This document shows positions 34,101-44,705 of a DNA stretch of 64,000 nucleotides, piece after piece. This stretch comes from Caecitellus pseudoparvulus (taxonomy: Eukaryota; Protista; Bigyra: Bicosoecida), in the NCBI GenBank assembly GCA_965644315.1, contig CBFFRQ010000081.1:186001-250000 (forward strand), given 5' to 3'. The position numbers and the translations under genes are program-made. Each line of letters starts with the position of its first letter. Positions within the stretch are counted from its first letter, which is position 1. The notes beneath the pieces are model-generated. The model did not search any database, had not been told where the DNA came from, and worked only from the letters and a program-made list of their open reading frames with translations.

Positions 34101-34617
34101 GTGGCAGCACCGAGGCATGTTCATGAACCCAGCGTATTCCCCGGTGCACCCGGCAGTGCTGCGCCCCATGCCCATCCCTGAAGGCACGCACACAGTGTAC
34201 ACAAGTGGATCCCTGGCAAGCCAACAAGAAGGCCTGCGCAGGATCTGGCAGCGAGCGCAAGTCTTGCAGCCGCAACACTCCCCTCGAGCCCTGCACTTGT
34301 GGGGTGAGCACATGACACACTGGGGAGCTCGTGTACACGCTGCACTCTCCCTCGACGCACAGTGGGTCCTGCAGTCCCTGGCCTACGTGCCAGATGAGGA
34401 TGTGGAGGAGGGTGGGCAAGAAGCAACCTCTTTGTCTGGAAACGTAGCCCCTCCCACTCACACGTCCACCCACGACAAGGCTGGCTTGGGTGCTGCTGCA
34501 TTGCGGAAGAGCCAAGCTCCGATAAAGAGTGGGCAAGCCCAGCTTGTCAGGCGTATGGGTCGAAGCAGGAAAAGCATGAAACCTACGGGGCTCCAGGGGC
34601 TGCTTGTAAGGGAGTAG
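28141..34617 (+). CDS. Myotubularin-family phosphoinositide 3-phosphatase with N-terminal PH, C2 and GRAM-like domains (2158 aa, intronless)
   Basis: CDSYPPFLLVP, FRSRGRLPALTW, RSAQPLVG, DARPKLNA, ENIHVMRRS, intact VHCSDGWDRT, DPYYRTMEGF and EKDWCAFGHK. PH-like GPVLKRSRVLRVWNNRYMVL; C2-like LEVWDQD...FLGRA. Confidence 0.93.
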   Translation: MAARGGSGEGSDSHAPAAPKPSGIASRQLLYPGKRLVVFHGPVLKRSRVLRVWNNRYMVLCLDWHKGFLLEYYRWDASSALPGDQRGMGGSHCWSDTPTAQRRLDPRCLGERRGEIRLSGYMRVEASDARAMAWKIIDDSKVFEGIRLAAEQQAWRDAWVRVLGRAVGQQPPLDLLDLPAPRQGSTVVPTVAPRAHKTLSPPLARSRAGEPEEDRTRRQSHSMLERSASQRWHSKPGFLFVRVLRGRAMGALTSHPTAEPFVVLSCGKWRLRSRVSRTGASQAPSWSETLAVPCSGSTQRFITLEVWDQDAKRSPGEGPKFLGRAVLAQARLSRRTQVLWLPLAGRSARESAGAEFGAVTRTPTEDQAHAQGPPLPQRPALQIMAWCTAQPQHWMQEVFRSVSALPVMRLGSAWPLFGVRTQLPTLPLTEAAYVSGLVRRDRLAGEDGALAGGLVGESVEDVATVILRPFTDAKGGVFPGTLILTNFRIMFIPSTVTSDTMRQVRGLHSAYTSAAGVAVGGGGAAQPALHAVPRPRAVGPPLSFGADSHRTFVTVDNRSGFQDHGATMAFQIPLALIRRVEMKHNREFEGVEADASGLPGPHMQEHALSAAFSMGSPEEEISLEWQSTSEHGSALRRGGRAASAAASRPSRQHTTPHAYMARRGSDSASDSSHGNSTTARTKRPSAIHAQAIGSARASAPALVSVASSDDLTQGSGGHSPTRQGREEGGEGGAGSSTLDGVAWSRADTDRSAVREASRLGEQADSLALEVTTDGGTVGPGRSSLLQPGAASARHVPQAAASPVAQAEVQDSPDADGPSHVSRVENGPLPTLKLVCDHFCTPRFIFQGDGPAAAHAGALLPEALMPDARHLAKPQAVCSRIFRRLSYAQAVAVEHEELLQQDAVLSLTAKQARGPSLSLPCSPAAGTASVDGADDALPDLSGEPFTGVSAEGSGPLGSPPSSCRQERPVPDFVVASLSSNVWNPSTEAARQCVSPAYWSMTGLNSKFKLCDSYPPFLLVPASLDASTVKGCAEFRSRGRLPALTWHHPGNGATIVRSAQPLVGLRGSRSPDDEAMLDAIRLACPRPNSRLIILDARPKLNAQANAVQGKGFEACGPKGAYANARIAFMNVENIHVMRRSLDALHAMLSRVPEAVLTNAAVSSTAGTSSEAGVPQQLSSSIRAHRTAAKPLAQQVSAAAAAGKTRTVSSVAELTAEMQIGHDDSRQVASEGHSEDGYSDDVSSPRTPREDSSSKQGEGSKQGSGWWKWGRHRKRGGSAGAMGTDFTPKRCHRAGSDSSLGRAAHPPLPKVHVEPASSAEDSFAAPGAEHALHPPLTAQKGEAGALGATASSTRSRTASYVTLVYDVAALRQAAEQTATVPEQASGSANVATSPSARKRSASEHTARSALSSVTRSVSDALAGRGWGGASKPQPDSRPAAPSPQASTRTEGSIGTVRFRSSSKATGYTQAVPASLPPSATSSPRLGPNGAALLRGFPSGAEPAPPNPDSILGSSSSSDEEGDTSRGALRTLRAGDSEGAASSSLRRKQSMSRRSRSDDAADGDSSESEVGGGGKRLMRKHARRATIFSAQQGIGMRGLLQAATAGAKSPALPPQEGSALEDQAPPRGSPGVSFVPDSAPAMPDLELGACAAQDSDQGSGLDGGEATLRRSSSMSEALPSSSCVVLGPSVASGRSAAHLGAGAIQDLRDAATAAILAYTGLGSQAGSSQGSLIESEAGRLLNRMSPAAKSMAEALSPAALDDAAAVAAVGDAWSSSLSSLAGRVTVSLGLLGNDEMWLHTMESSGWLRHISLVLAASIRLARLVDECGYSVLVHCSDGWDRTTQIVCLAQILLDPYYRTMEGFAVLVEKDWCAFGHKLQDRGGRGRGGRGSQEVSPVFLQFLDAVQQLVVQSPSAFEFSPSFLSAIAIHSSSGWFGTLQWNSPQQRFLSKLDAAHSILATGPQGYPAPGTAEYWSAIVDAADQLPCLWRHLWQHRGMFMNPAYSPVHPAVLRPMPIPEGTHTVYTSGSLASQQEGLRRIWQRAQVLQPQHSPRALHLWGEHMTHWGARVHAALSLDAQWVLQSLAYVPDEDVEEGGQEATSLSGNVAPPTHTSTHDKAGLGAAALRKSQAPIKSGQAQLVRRMGRSRKSMKPTGLQGLLVRE

Positions 34618-34683
34618 CTGCTGCCTTCCCAGCAAGAGCTCTGCTCGGAACTGCCGATACCCGCACGGAAATGCACTGTGTGA

Positions 34684-37545
34684 TTACCAAGCTTCTTCCA
34701 GCACCTCTGCCTGGACGTTGGGCGGGACATCTGCATAATGGTGGAAGGCCATGCTGAAGGCACCATCCCCTGCAGTCAAGCTGCGCAAAATGGTGGAGTA
34801 CGTCACCATCTCTGCAACTGGGACAAGCGCCGAAATCTCAGGCTTTGCCACCATACCTCGCTCCGAAGTTGGGGTGTCTACACTCACAATGCTGCCACGG
34901 CGAGCACCAGTCAAGTCATTCAAGACGCTGCCAACATGGCGTTCGCTGGTTCGGATGTGCACTGCCATAATTGGCTCCATGAGGCAGCTTTCAGCTGCCG
35001 CAAGTGCCTGCTCCAGGGCAGTCGCAGTTGCAGCAGCAAGGGCGGCGGGGCTCGTGTTGGAGTTGACAAAGGTTCCCTCGGGGAGCCACTGCACCTCGAT
35101 TCCTTGCAGCGGTGCCCCGACGTTGGGTCCACGTTCGAACCACGCCCCGACCGCATTGTGCACAGCCTGGGCTTGGTCGGCTGACAGCAAGGCAGGAGAT
35201 GCACCCTTGCCTAGGGATGGAGGCGAGTCTGGATCACACTCCCAGGCCGTGAACGAACTCTCAGTACCCGGAAGCGCTACACCAGCGACATCGTCAAACC
35301 CTTGCGTTGAGAATGCGCAAGCCTGATCCTCGTCTTCATCCATCCGCCGCAGTCGAAGGGACACGACGGCAAATTGGGGCTTGTCCCCATGAGAGCGATC
35401 ATACAGGCACTGCGCTGCGCCACTACCAATAGCAGTTTCCCGGTACGCCACCATCATGCGCCCTGTCGCGACAGCGACCCCGTGCTCCCGCAGCAGGCGG
35501 TCGACAGCCACCTCCAGATGAAGCGCACCCATGCCAGACAGGAGCATTTGCCCTGTTGCATCTGAGGTAGACACGTGCAAGGAGGGGTCTTCCCTGACCA
35601 GCACTGCCAAAGCTTCTTCCAGGGCAGCCTGGTGTGACAGGCTCTCCGTTTCGAGGGCAAGTGTGAACACGGGTGCAGGCACATCCAGGCCTGGCAAGTG
35701 AAGTGGGTCTGGATCGCCTGCCAGCACCAGAGTGTCACCAGTGCTGGCGCCAGTGAGGCCCACTGCGGCGCCGATGTGGCCAGCTGGGACACAGCTCACT
35801 TCCCGGGTGTCGTCAGCGAACAGTTGCAAGAGCTTGGACGCGCGCTCTTTTCCACCACGAGAAGTGTTCAGCAGTTGGAACTTGTCGCTCCATGCTCCTG
35901 AGTATACACGGAAGTAGCTCAGCACGCCGCGCGTCGGGTGGCGGCCCACTTTGAATACAAAGGCACACAAAGGCGCGCTGGCGGAGTGTGGGACGGGCAC
36001 CATGCCATCACCCGCGGAGCTCTGCGCTCCTTGCTCAGCTCCCTTTCCCGACCTGCCTTTCTTGCCTTTGTCATTTCGCTTGCTGTGTCTTTTCTTTGCT
36101 CGCTTGCCTTGCGCAGACCCCACTGCACCAATGAACGCCAGCTCCGGGCGCCTGTCAAGGGGACTTGGAAGGTATGCGCCGACAGCGTCCAGCAAAGCTT
36201 GAACACCCTTGTCCTTATAGGCTGATCCCATGAGGAGTGGAAGAATTGGCTCGCTCTCAGACTCTTCCGCTCGCAGCACTGCACGCCGGACAGAGGCAGC
36301 AACACCCTCGGCCGTCAACCCACGGGCTTGTGTCGAGTGCATGCCTGCCAAAGGACCACAAGCGGCATCGGACTCCAAAAATTCCAACAGATGCTGACAT
36401 ATTTCGTCGTCTACCTCAGTCAGCGTGTCCAGCTGCGAAGGATCGGGGGGTGGGGGGTGTTTGGCACATGCTTTGCCGGGGTGCAATGCCTCCTGCACAC
36501 CAGCCCAATTGGTGCCATACATCACAGGACAGTGATTCGCCCAGTTGTGCGCGTAATATAGGCCGAGTATACTGCAGGAGATTGGCAATCCTCGCCAGTC
36601 CTGCCCTGAGTCGGCCACAAGTGCAGCGTCAGCTCGGCCTACTCACCAAATCCATTCGAGCACTGGACGCTCTCTCTCGAAGGTCGGAGGCAGGCTCAGG
36701 CAGCTGAAGATGTTCGAAAGCTGCCTCAGAGATAGGTGTCAGCATCACTGTTTCGCCATGCTCGCCACTGTTGGAAATGTAGGCCATGCTCAGGAGGTCG
36801 ATGACTCCAGCGAACGTCGGGCCGTCCCCCACAGGCCACTGCAGCAGCAGCGGGATGGCTCCCAACCGAGACCGCACTCCTGACACCGTGTGTGCCACAT
36901 CGCTTCCTTCCCTGTCCAGTTTGTTGATGAAGCCAATGGTGGGCACGCCGTACCTCCGTGCCTGGCCCCAGACAGTCTCCGTTTGAGCCTCCACACCTGC
37001 GACGCCGTCGAACAGAAGTACTGCCCCATCCAGCACCCGCAAGGACCGCTGCAAAAGGCGCGAAGGGAAATATGTTTTGCATGACCTCAAACTTGCGCTC
37101 TCAAGCCCGCACTCCGCACCTCCACCTCCACTGTAAAGTCCACATGGCCTGGCGTGTCGATGAGGTTCACGACGTGCTGGCCCCACTTGAAGGTGACGGC
37201 TGCTGACTGGATCGTGATGCCCCGCTCACGCTCCTGAGGCATGAAGTCAGTCACCGTGTCACCATCGTGCACCTCCCCCACTGAGTGTGTGGCCCCTGCG
37301 TAGAAAAGCATTCGCTCCGTTGTCGTCGTCTTGCCCGCATCAATGTGGGCCATGATGCCAATGTTTCGAATGGCTGAGAGGGCCGCATCTGTGGGAGCGA
37401 CGGTGGCACTCTTGGAACGCGTCGAACCCTTGAAACGCAAGCCCCATTCCGAGACAAGTGGCAGGCCCGGGCGGGGACGCTTGAAACTTGAGCCACGCTG
37501 CAAGCCCTCCACTGCGCGAGCCCGGCGAGCAGCAGCAAATGACAT
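34684..37545 (-). CDS. GFM2: Mitochondrial elongation factor G2 / ribosome-releasing factor 2 (3 exons)
   Basis: [70 protein letters not shown]. Arg/Ser-rich presequence from ATG 37545. Introns 37049-37119 and 36433-36646. Confidence 0.88.
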
Positions 37546-37879
37546 TGATGCCCAGGAACGGACGGTCAATGGAGCCACTAGGCATATTCTATCGTGTAAT
37601 GAGGGCTGATAGTGCAAGGCCCTTCCAAGCACACCCATCCCCGAGGAGCGGCCGGCAGCAATCATGCTGCAGGTTGGTTGAGCTAATTCCGCACCACACC
37701 TCACTCCTTCCCTGCCCCAAAAGGCAAGAGGAGAGCCTTCATGCGCACGCCGTGGGGGCATTCACTTGCTGGTAGCTGCTGGCAGTGTCGTTGTCCACTA
37801 TTGGTAGGTGTATAGTGCTGCTCACGGCTGGGTGTCGGGCACAGTGAAGTGGACGAGCAAGGATGAGGAGGGTGCGCTA

Positions 37880-39751
37880 TCATTCCCGTTGCGACGCTGC
37901 AGCTGTAAGCGGCGGGCCGGATAGCCGAAGGACAATGCCACTGGCACAACACGGGGTGGAAAGCTTGGGGTGGGAAGCGTCCTCGTCGAGAAGAGCTACA
38001 CCCGCCCGGCGCATGGCGGCAGCCAATGAGCACAGACGAACAGGATTCCACGCCACATCCACTTCGCACCGAGGCGCTGCGGCACCACGTCGGCGTCGAC
38101 CCTGCAGCCCTTTGCACACCAGTGCCACTGTGTCGGGGGGCAGGTGGTTGCCTGAAAGGCGAAGCTGCCTCAGGTGTGGGAAACGGCGCAGGCCGACAGG
38201 CAACGCCTCCAAGTCTGATTCTGTGACTCCCGTCCATGCCAAGTTCAAGAACTCTACTGCGCACTCGCCAGCTCCAACTGCCTCACACAAGGCAGCTACA
38301 TCAGGAGTACCTGGCAGAGCATTCATACTCAGATCAAGTCGCTCCAAGTGTTGCAGCACACGTCCCCAAGCGCGAGGCACGCCTGCGAAGGTTGCACTCG
38401 ACACAGAGGTGTTGCTGATGTCTAGTCTGAGCAGCGGGGTGCCCACGCGCTCGGCAAGGCCGCACACCAAAGCACTTATGCTGGCTGATCCAAGCGCATT
38501 GCCTCCGATGTTCAGCTCTTGTAGGCCTGGGATGTCTGCAATGCTGGACAACAAGGGGGCAGCAAGATCAGAGAACGAGTTGTTCCTGAGGTGTAATCGT
38601 TGCAGGCCCACTGCAGAACGCAACCCGGCACCGAGTTCAACCGCCGCTGCATCTGGAAGCGAGCAGTTGCTTGCCTTGAGTTCTCGTATACTCGTTGAGC
38701 GTGCAAGGACGGCAGCCAGCTGCACGCCTCCCTCACGTCCAAGTGGGTTGTGGTCGATGTCCAGGTGCTCCAGCCGAGGGCACGCATGAGTCAACTCCAC
38801 AAGAACCTGCATGCTCCTTTCTCCCAACGCGTTGCAGGCAAGGTTAAGACTTTGCAAGCTAGAGTGGCTGCCGCCCATGAGCCCGTCGGCTATCGCAGCC
38901 ATTCCGTCTGGACCAATGCAGCACCCCTTGAGGCTGACACGCTGCAAGCGGTTCAAGCCTGGCAGCGCAAGCCCAAGCTGAATCTGGCATTGCATACCAA
39001 GCCAGTTGTTGTCAAGTGATAGTCTGCTCACACCTGCAAATACAGGGTGCGTCAGCGCGTCCAGCGTCTTGGTGCATGTGTTTCCAAGCGCATTCTCAGA
39101 CAGGTCCAGCCCCGTCAGCTGACTCTGCCTGACACGGCGTCCTGACGCGGCAGAGAAGGTTGTCAGGACCTGTCCCAGAGCCTCGTCGCCAAGTAGTAGC
39201 CCACGGAGGTGCAAGGAAGTATTGGGGAGCACTGTCTCGAAGAGGCCGTCCCTTGCGGCTTGCAAGACAGACTGCTGGTGCTGCGGCATGCCTCGCTTCG
39301 CTGACTTCATGCGACAAATGGAGAGTGTCTTGACCACGCACGATCGGTCTGGAATGTCTAGTGCTAGTGGTGACTCCTGGCTATCAGTAATGAACGTGAT
39401 TTCTCTGCTGGTCGACCCGCCACCACAGAAGTTGGCAAATGCAGGGTTGCATAGACCATCCGCCAAGCTGCAACGAAGCCTGCCCAGCACGCGAGCATCA
39501 ACAATCTCTCGCCATTCGCTGCAAACAAGACGAAAAGTGGTGATGGCATGCAGGTACAAGTTCATCTCAGCCAGCACAGTGTACGGGAAGCGTGTTCGCA
39601 TGGTAGTGGAGCAGAGGTTGAAGGGTTGGCGTTGCAGCGAGCATTGGTCGACCGAGCCGACTGGAATCGCGCAGACACGCCGTGCAGCTTCAAACCGAGG
39701 ATGCAAAGGTTCAGTGTCGATGAGCTGCACCTTGGAGCTGTGGCACCCCAT
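37880..39751 (-). CDS. F-box-like / RNI-type leucine-rich repeat protein with N-terminal MGC acylation motif
   Basis: MGCHSSK start, FPYTVLAEMNLYL...FRLVCSEWREI (F-box-like), and repeated LxxLxLxxNxLG units (LTGLDLSENALG, LQSLNLACNALG, LEHLDIDHNPLG, LQELNIGGNALG). Confidence 0.75.
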   Translation of the reverse strand: MGCHSSKVQLIDTEPLHPRFEAARRVCAIPVGSVDQCSLQRQPFNLCSTTMRTRFPYTVLAEMNLYLHAITTFRLVCSEWREIVDARVLGRLRCSLADGLCNPAFANFCGGGSTSREITFITDSQESPLALDIPDRSCVVKTLSICRMKSAKRGMPQHQQSVLQAARDGLFETVLPNTSLHLRGLLLGDEALGQVLTTFSAASGRRVRQSQLTGLDLSENALGNTCTKTLDALTHPVFAGVSRLSLDNNWLGMQCQIQLGLALPGLNRLQRVSLKGCCIGPDGMAAIADGLMGGSHSSLQSLNLACNALGERSMQVLVELTHACPRLEHLDIDHNPLGREGGVQLAAVLARSTSIRELKASNCSLPDAAAVELGAGLRSAVGLQRLHLRNNSFSDLAAPLLSSIADIPGLQELNIGGNALGSASISALVCGLAERVGTPLLRLDISNTSVSSATFAGVPRAWGRVLQHLERLDLSMNALPGTPDVAALCEAVGAGECAVEFLNLAWTGVTESDLEALPVGLRRFPHLRQLRLSGNHLPPDTVALVCKGLQGRRRRGAAAPRCEVDVAWNPVRLCSLAAAMRRAGVALLDEDASHPKLSTPCCASGIVLRLSGPPLTAAASQRE

Positions 39752-40604
39752 TTTTTGGCAGTGCCTTGACTCGGTTTCGGTCGACCGTCGCGCGGCACCT
39801 CGCAGCGTGACCAACAGGATCTGCACGACTGGCCTAGAACAGAGCAAGAGAGATGGGCAATGAGCGGGAACAAACCACTGTGAAGTGCTCTGGGGGGCTT
39901 TTTCGTGAAGGTGGACAACTATTTTTTCTGCGGTAAAATTCTAACTGTCCCGCATGCGCTGATCCAGAGTGTGCGTTAAGCAGCAACCGCTGGGGAATGC
40001 GAAACTGGACGCAAGACCTCCTTGAGAATGAGTTCCTCCTCTAGGCTGATTCTGAGAGAGCTGCAACGCGACAGAAGGTCTACCTTGCGAGTGGGGCAAA
40101 GCACCGAAGTTGTACAGGAGGTCGGCAGCAGAGTAGAACCTCTTTGCTTTTTTGCGTCTGCAATTGTTTTCCTTAAGCCTGGTATTTCTGTCCTTTCATT
40201 CAACATGGTACGTGGGCGCTGAGATCACTTGGCAGTGGTGAAGGAAAATAGGGATGACAGGTCTCAAGCTCGAACTGCACAGCCTTCCTGGTTCTGCAGA
40301 CATCAACCAGGCACGTCTTTATTGTGAGTACTTCTTTTGAGAGTGACACTTTTAGGGCAATGACGGCATTTTCTACGCCAACTGTGCAAGCTGAGACACA
40401 GTACTCGGATCATTTTTGCATTGCTGCTCTGCAACTCGCTCTGATTTTGCTTGCAAGGTGGGGCGTAGGCATATCAGCGCCAGCCGAAGGCACTCCGTGT
40501 GTCTGTGCCCCAGGTTCACAAGGAGCTGCACACAGCACCTCATCTGACCGCTTGCTCTTGTTGACCTTAAAGGGAATCACCCCCTGGTTTGTGAACCCGG
40601 TGCC

Positions 40605-43600
40605 ATGGATCCCGGCGGGCCCAGGCTGAAGTGTGCACATGGCATCGGTGCAGTGTCAATTTCCGCAGACAACGAGCTGCTTTGGGTGGCTGGAAGGCAC
40701 AGTGCGTCGCGCTTGCCTTCGCGTCGGCGGCACGTACAACTTAATCTCCCACATACATACCCCACTGCGCAGTTCTGCAAGTCTTCCGCATCTTGCCGGA
40801 CACCTTTGAGGAGGTGAAGACGTTTCGCCTGACAAAGAGAAGGCCAACCTCGGACAGATCGTCCACGGATGTGAAATGCCACCCAAACTGGGGCCACCGG
40901 GACCTGGCAGCGACTGCTGCCGCAAGTGGAGCTGTTGTGCTGTGGAGTGTGGACCCCGGCAGCGGATCAGGGAAAATGCTGAGCGTCTCAACCGACAAGC
41001 ACCCGTTGCAGGCTACAAAGGTGGCCTGGCGAGGCGGCGCGCAGGCTCCGCACATCCTGGCGTCAGGGGGCAAGAAAGGCCTCGTCAAGATTTGGGATAC
41101 CCGGCACTTTGGCTCCGCCAGCATGAACATTTCCACCGTGCGGGAGGTACAAGACCTGCAGTTTGACCCGTACCGCGAGCATCAGCTGGTGGCCGGCACA
41201 GATGGCGGCCGTGTGATGGTGTTCGACTTGCGCATGCAGTCTAGGCAGGCCAGGTCAGAGTTCGAAGGGGGTCCCTCTCTCAGCAGCCGTGCTGTGAATG
41301 ACTTTTGTGCCCATAACGGTTCATTGTACTCGCTCGCGTGGCATCCATGCGTGCCGGGAGTCCTGGCCACCAGCGGTCGAGACTACCAAGTGAAAGTGTG
41401 GGGGATGTGGGGCCAGGCACAGTCTGAAGGCTCAGTCCACCTGAGCTGGGATGCTCTGACCCCAGAGGACACTGGATCTGGGCCTGGGCAGCCTCGTGCT
41501 GGGCGGGAGCCGCGTTTAGTTTCTTCGGTAAAGGTGAGCGTGCCGGTGTCGAGGGTGGCCTGGCGACCGGGCGTGCACCATCACTTGGCCACCTGCTACA
41601 ATGTGATTTCGCGCGTACATGTGTGGGACATCACCCGCCCGAAGCTGCCTGTTGGCCTCTTTGAGGCGGGCGGCAGTGTGGAGGATGTGCTATGGATGGG
41701 CCACCACTCATTCCCCAAGGGAGTGTCGCCCACGCCGGGTCTCAAAGCCGCCCGGGAGGCCGCCTTCCTTCACTTGCCCCCGAAGCCGGGTCTTCGTGTG
41801 CGAGATTCTCGCCCAGCCTTTCAGGCGGGTGTGGAGGAGGAACACAGAGGCACGGACAGTGAAGAGGAAGGCACCCAAGGGGGCTGGCTCTTGGGAGCGG
41901 GGCACAACACCATTGAGGACTACTCCCCAAGGGGTTCCCCAAGGCACGCAGCCTCTGCTCCGACCTCCCCATCCCATTCCCCCTTGCGCATGCCCGTCGC
42001 AGCTGGCTTGTTCGCCCACGAGTTCGAGAGCCGAGTTGGTGACGAAGGTCCGGAGGCAATAGAGGAGCGGCCGCACGTTCGCGGCAGGCCCCGACCAGGG
42101 CCACCCCAACCTCATGCTGCAGATCACAGGCCGCTGAATCAAGATGAGGACTGCAGGGAACAAGCAGGGGATGATGATGTGACATTCCAAGACGCCTGGC
42201 CAACGAGCATGGCTGCGCAACAGAGTAGGACTGCGACACTGGCACCTAGGCCCCTTTCGATGGGTGTCCAGGATTCAGAATCACGGCATGATGATCCACG
42301 TGCCTTGATGTATGGAGGGGCAGCTTCTGGCGCTCAGGTCATGCGCGGCATTCCTGACGTCGATCCTCCCGACAGGGGCGCTTATTCATTCGGGGTGCAG
42401 CTCATACGGGAGCGCTTGCCCCTGATTACAGCCTGCTCAGACGGCCATCTTCGCATGCACTTCGCAGCGTTTGCATACCAACCACATCAAGCAGTTTCGA
42501 CGTGTGCGCTTTCTCCTGGACCGCATGGTGTTGCATGGTTGGCGGAGCCACTGCACCGTGACTCAGCGTGGCCGCGACAGCCGCAACCTGATGTCTCTCG
42601 CCGCTTCCCACCGCCCGAGCCCGTGAAGCCCTTGAACGTTTTGACCACCATTCGGCTTCCTCCTTCCATGGGCATCCGTTCATGCCCAGGGGACTCTTCA
42701 AACTCGGTTTTCTCACAGCTCGCATCAGGGTACAAGATGCACGGGTATCACGGCAGCATCGTTATGCTCTGCTTGCACAACGCAGGAGTTGCTGAGTCTG
42801 CAGGAGTCCCTGACTTGCAGCACCTTTGGCTCGTCATTGCTGTGCTTTGCGTCGACCTTGGCCCGGCCGTGCCTCGCGCTGCCCTTGCTTGGCTGGAAGC
42901 GAATTCGGCTGCATTGCGAAGCATGTCCCCGAACCGCATGGCGCGTGGTGCTGAAGCAAAGCACACCGCAGCCCCTCAAACGCTTCCACTTGACGAAGCA
43001 CTGTTGTCGTTAGGCAACTCTTTGCATGACGTTGTCTCAGCTCTTGAAGCAGATCTTCAAGCTGAGGCTGGAGCAGCAACCCGAGCTAGCAGTCCACAGG
43101 CGGGGAGTGCTGAAAGGCCGGCACCAGCAACTGCACCTCCGACCCTTGCAGCACCAGCTGGGCCTTCTACCACGCGACTGTGGTTGCGTGACTTGCGCAG
43201 GGCATTCTTGCGGGAGGTGTTTGACTTCTTCTCCCTGCATGGGGAGTTGCAGACCTGCACAGTGATCGCGAGGGTGTTGCTCCACGACTTTGCTGCCTTC
43301 CAGACGGACCTTACGGCAAAGCAATCGCCTGTACTCATGACTGGTCTCCCTGACATTGGCGTGGGCTTGAAACGGCTCGGTTCATGGGAGGGCGCCTACA
43401 TTGACCTCCTTCACAGGCACCGGCTTTGGGGACCCGCTTCGACTGTGATGGCCCGATCCGTCAATCCTGGCATCAAAGGCATGAACATGACAGGCACTAG
43501 CGTGTCACTTTTGCGCTGCGGCCCTGATAAACGGCTGGAGCTGCCAAGCGCCTTGCTGCCAGAACTTGTCGCAAGGGCGAATGTCCACCCGGTGCTCCTC

Positions 43601-43996
43601 CCGGGCGCACCACCACGCCAAGCGGGACTGGGAAGTCATTCAGGATCATCTGCTGCGGTTCAAACGGAAGGTATAGTCCACATTGAGCAGTTGGGCTTCA
43701 GTGAGCTGGCCAAGAGAAACCCAAGGGCAGCCGCCGAGGTATGTGCCGTTTGCCATGAAGCTGTTTGGGGCCTCTTCATTCAGTGCCACTACTGCGGCAC
43801 GGGGGGCCACGCAACATGTCTGAAGCGCTGGTTCGAGCACAACACTCACAGCCCGGGGGGCGGGCACGCCTGCGTGCGAGGTGGCGGCCTACGCACGCTG
43901 CAGCTCGAGCCAAAGCCCAGGCCATCGACTCCGGCGGCAGGTTCCTCACGAGTCGAGCACACCTTTCATGGCTTCGAATGCCTGCTTGATGACTGA
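40605..43996 (+). CDS. WDR24: GATOR2/SEACAT subunit WDR24 (Sea2)-like WD40 protein with C-terminal RING-like zinc finger
   Basis: Intron 40702-40772 joins GAVSISADNELLWVAGRH to ILQVFRILPDTFEE...DVKCHP...LAATAAASGAVVLW. WD40 repeats, CLHNAGVA...LW, GELQTC, YIDLLHRHRLW, and CAVCHEAVWGLFIQCHYCGTGGH. Confidence 0.85.
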
Positions 43997-44705
43997 AATC
44001 CCATTAATGCGCTTTCTCCTCTTGAACTTGGGCATACGTCCGTGCGGCGGGGGAGTGGGCTGATGGTGCCAGGCGGTGCAGTGGGGCCGGCGCCGGTTGC
44101 CAAACTTCCACACAATGAAGGAAATGAACACGTGTTTAGTTGCATGATCCATGCTGGGTATGGTCCTTGGGTTTCTTGGGACGCTCACTCGGGTGGCCTG
44201 CATCAGTCGCAGCGCGATGCACAAGCAGTGGAAAGCGAAGAGCACAAGCGCAGACAGCTTCTTCGAGCAATTCATGTGATACACACGAGAGATTGGACTG
44301 TACCTGCTTAGGCTACTCATTGAAAGGTGGATATTCGCCCAGTTTCAGTGTGGCTTCGCTGCGCTGGGTGGACGGTCACAGGCACAGTGCAGCCCAGCTT
44401 CGTCTCGACTTCGAAGCTGTTTCGCCAGCTGAGGGGGCGAGCCGCCTGCGCCGTGCACAGCTACGATCCGGGCAGGCGCATCGAGGCTTCTACGTGCCAT
44501 GAAAAAAGGAACATCCTTATCCCATGCGATCAAGCTTGCCGTGTTGTTGGCCGTTGCATCAGAGGTACGGAAACCTTGCGAGGCGCGGCTTCTCCGGCTC
44601 GCTGACAGCTGAGCTGCGAACAGGCACGATCGCGGCTTGCTGGCCTCCTCTGACGAGCCAAAGGGAAGCAGTGCTCCAGCATGTGGTGCCATAGAGCCTG
44701 CATTC

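Noticed and set aside
39880-40600. Lower-GC stretch with small ORFs (e.g. 39976-40206)
   Set aside because: No convincing gene model; fits the divergent promoter region between the LRR gene and WDR24.
44000-44700. Short ORFs upstream of lectin copy 1
   Set aside because: No motifs or consistent splice model; treated as intergenic.
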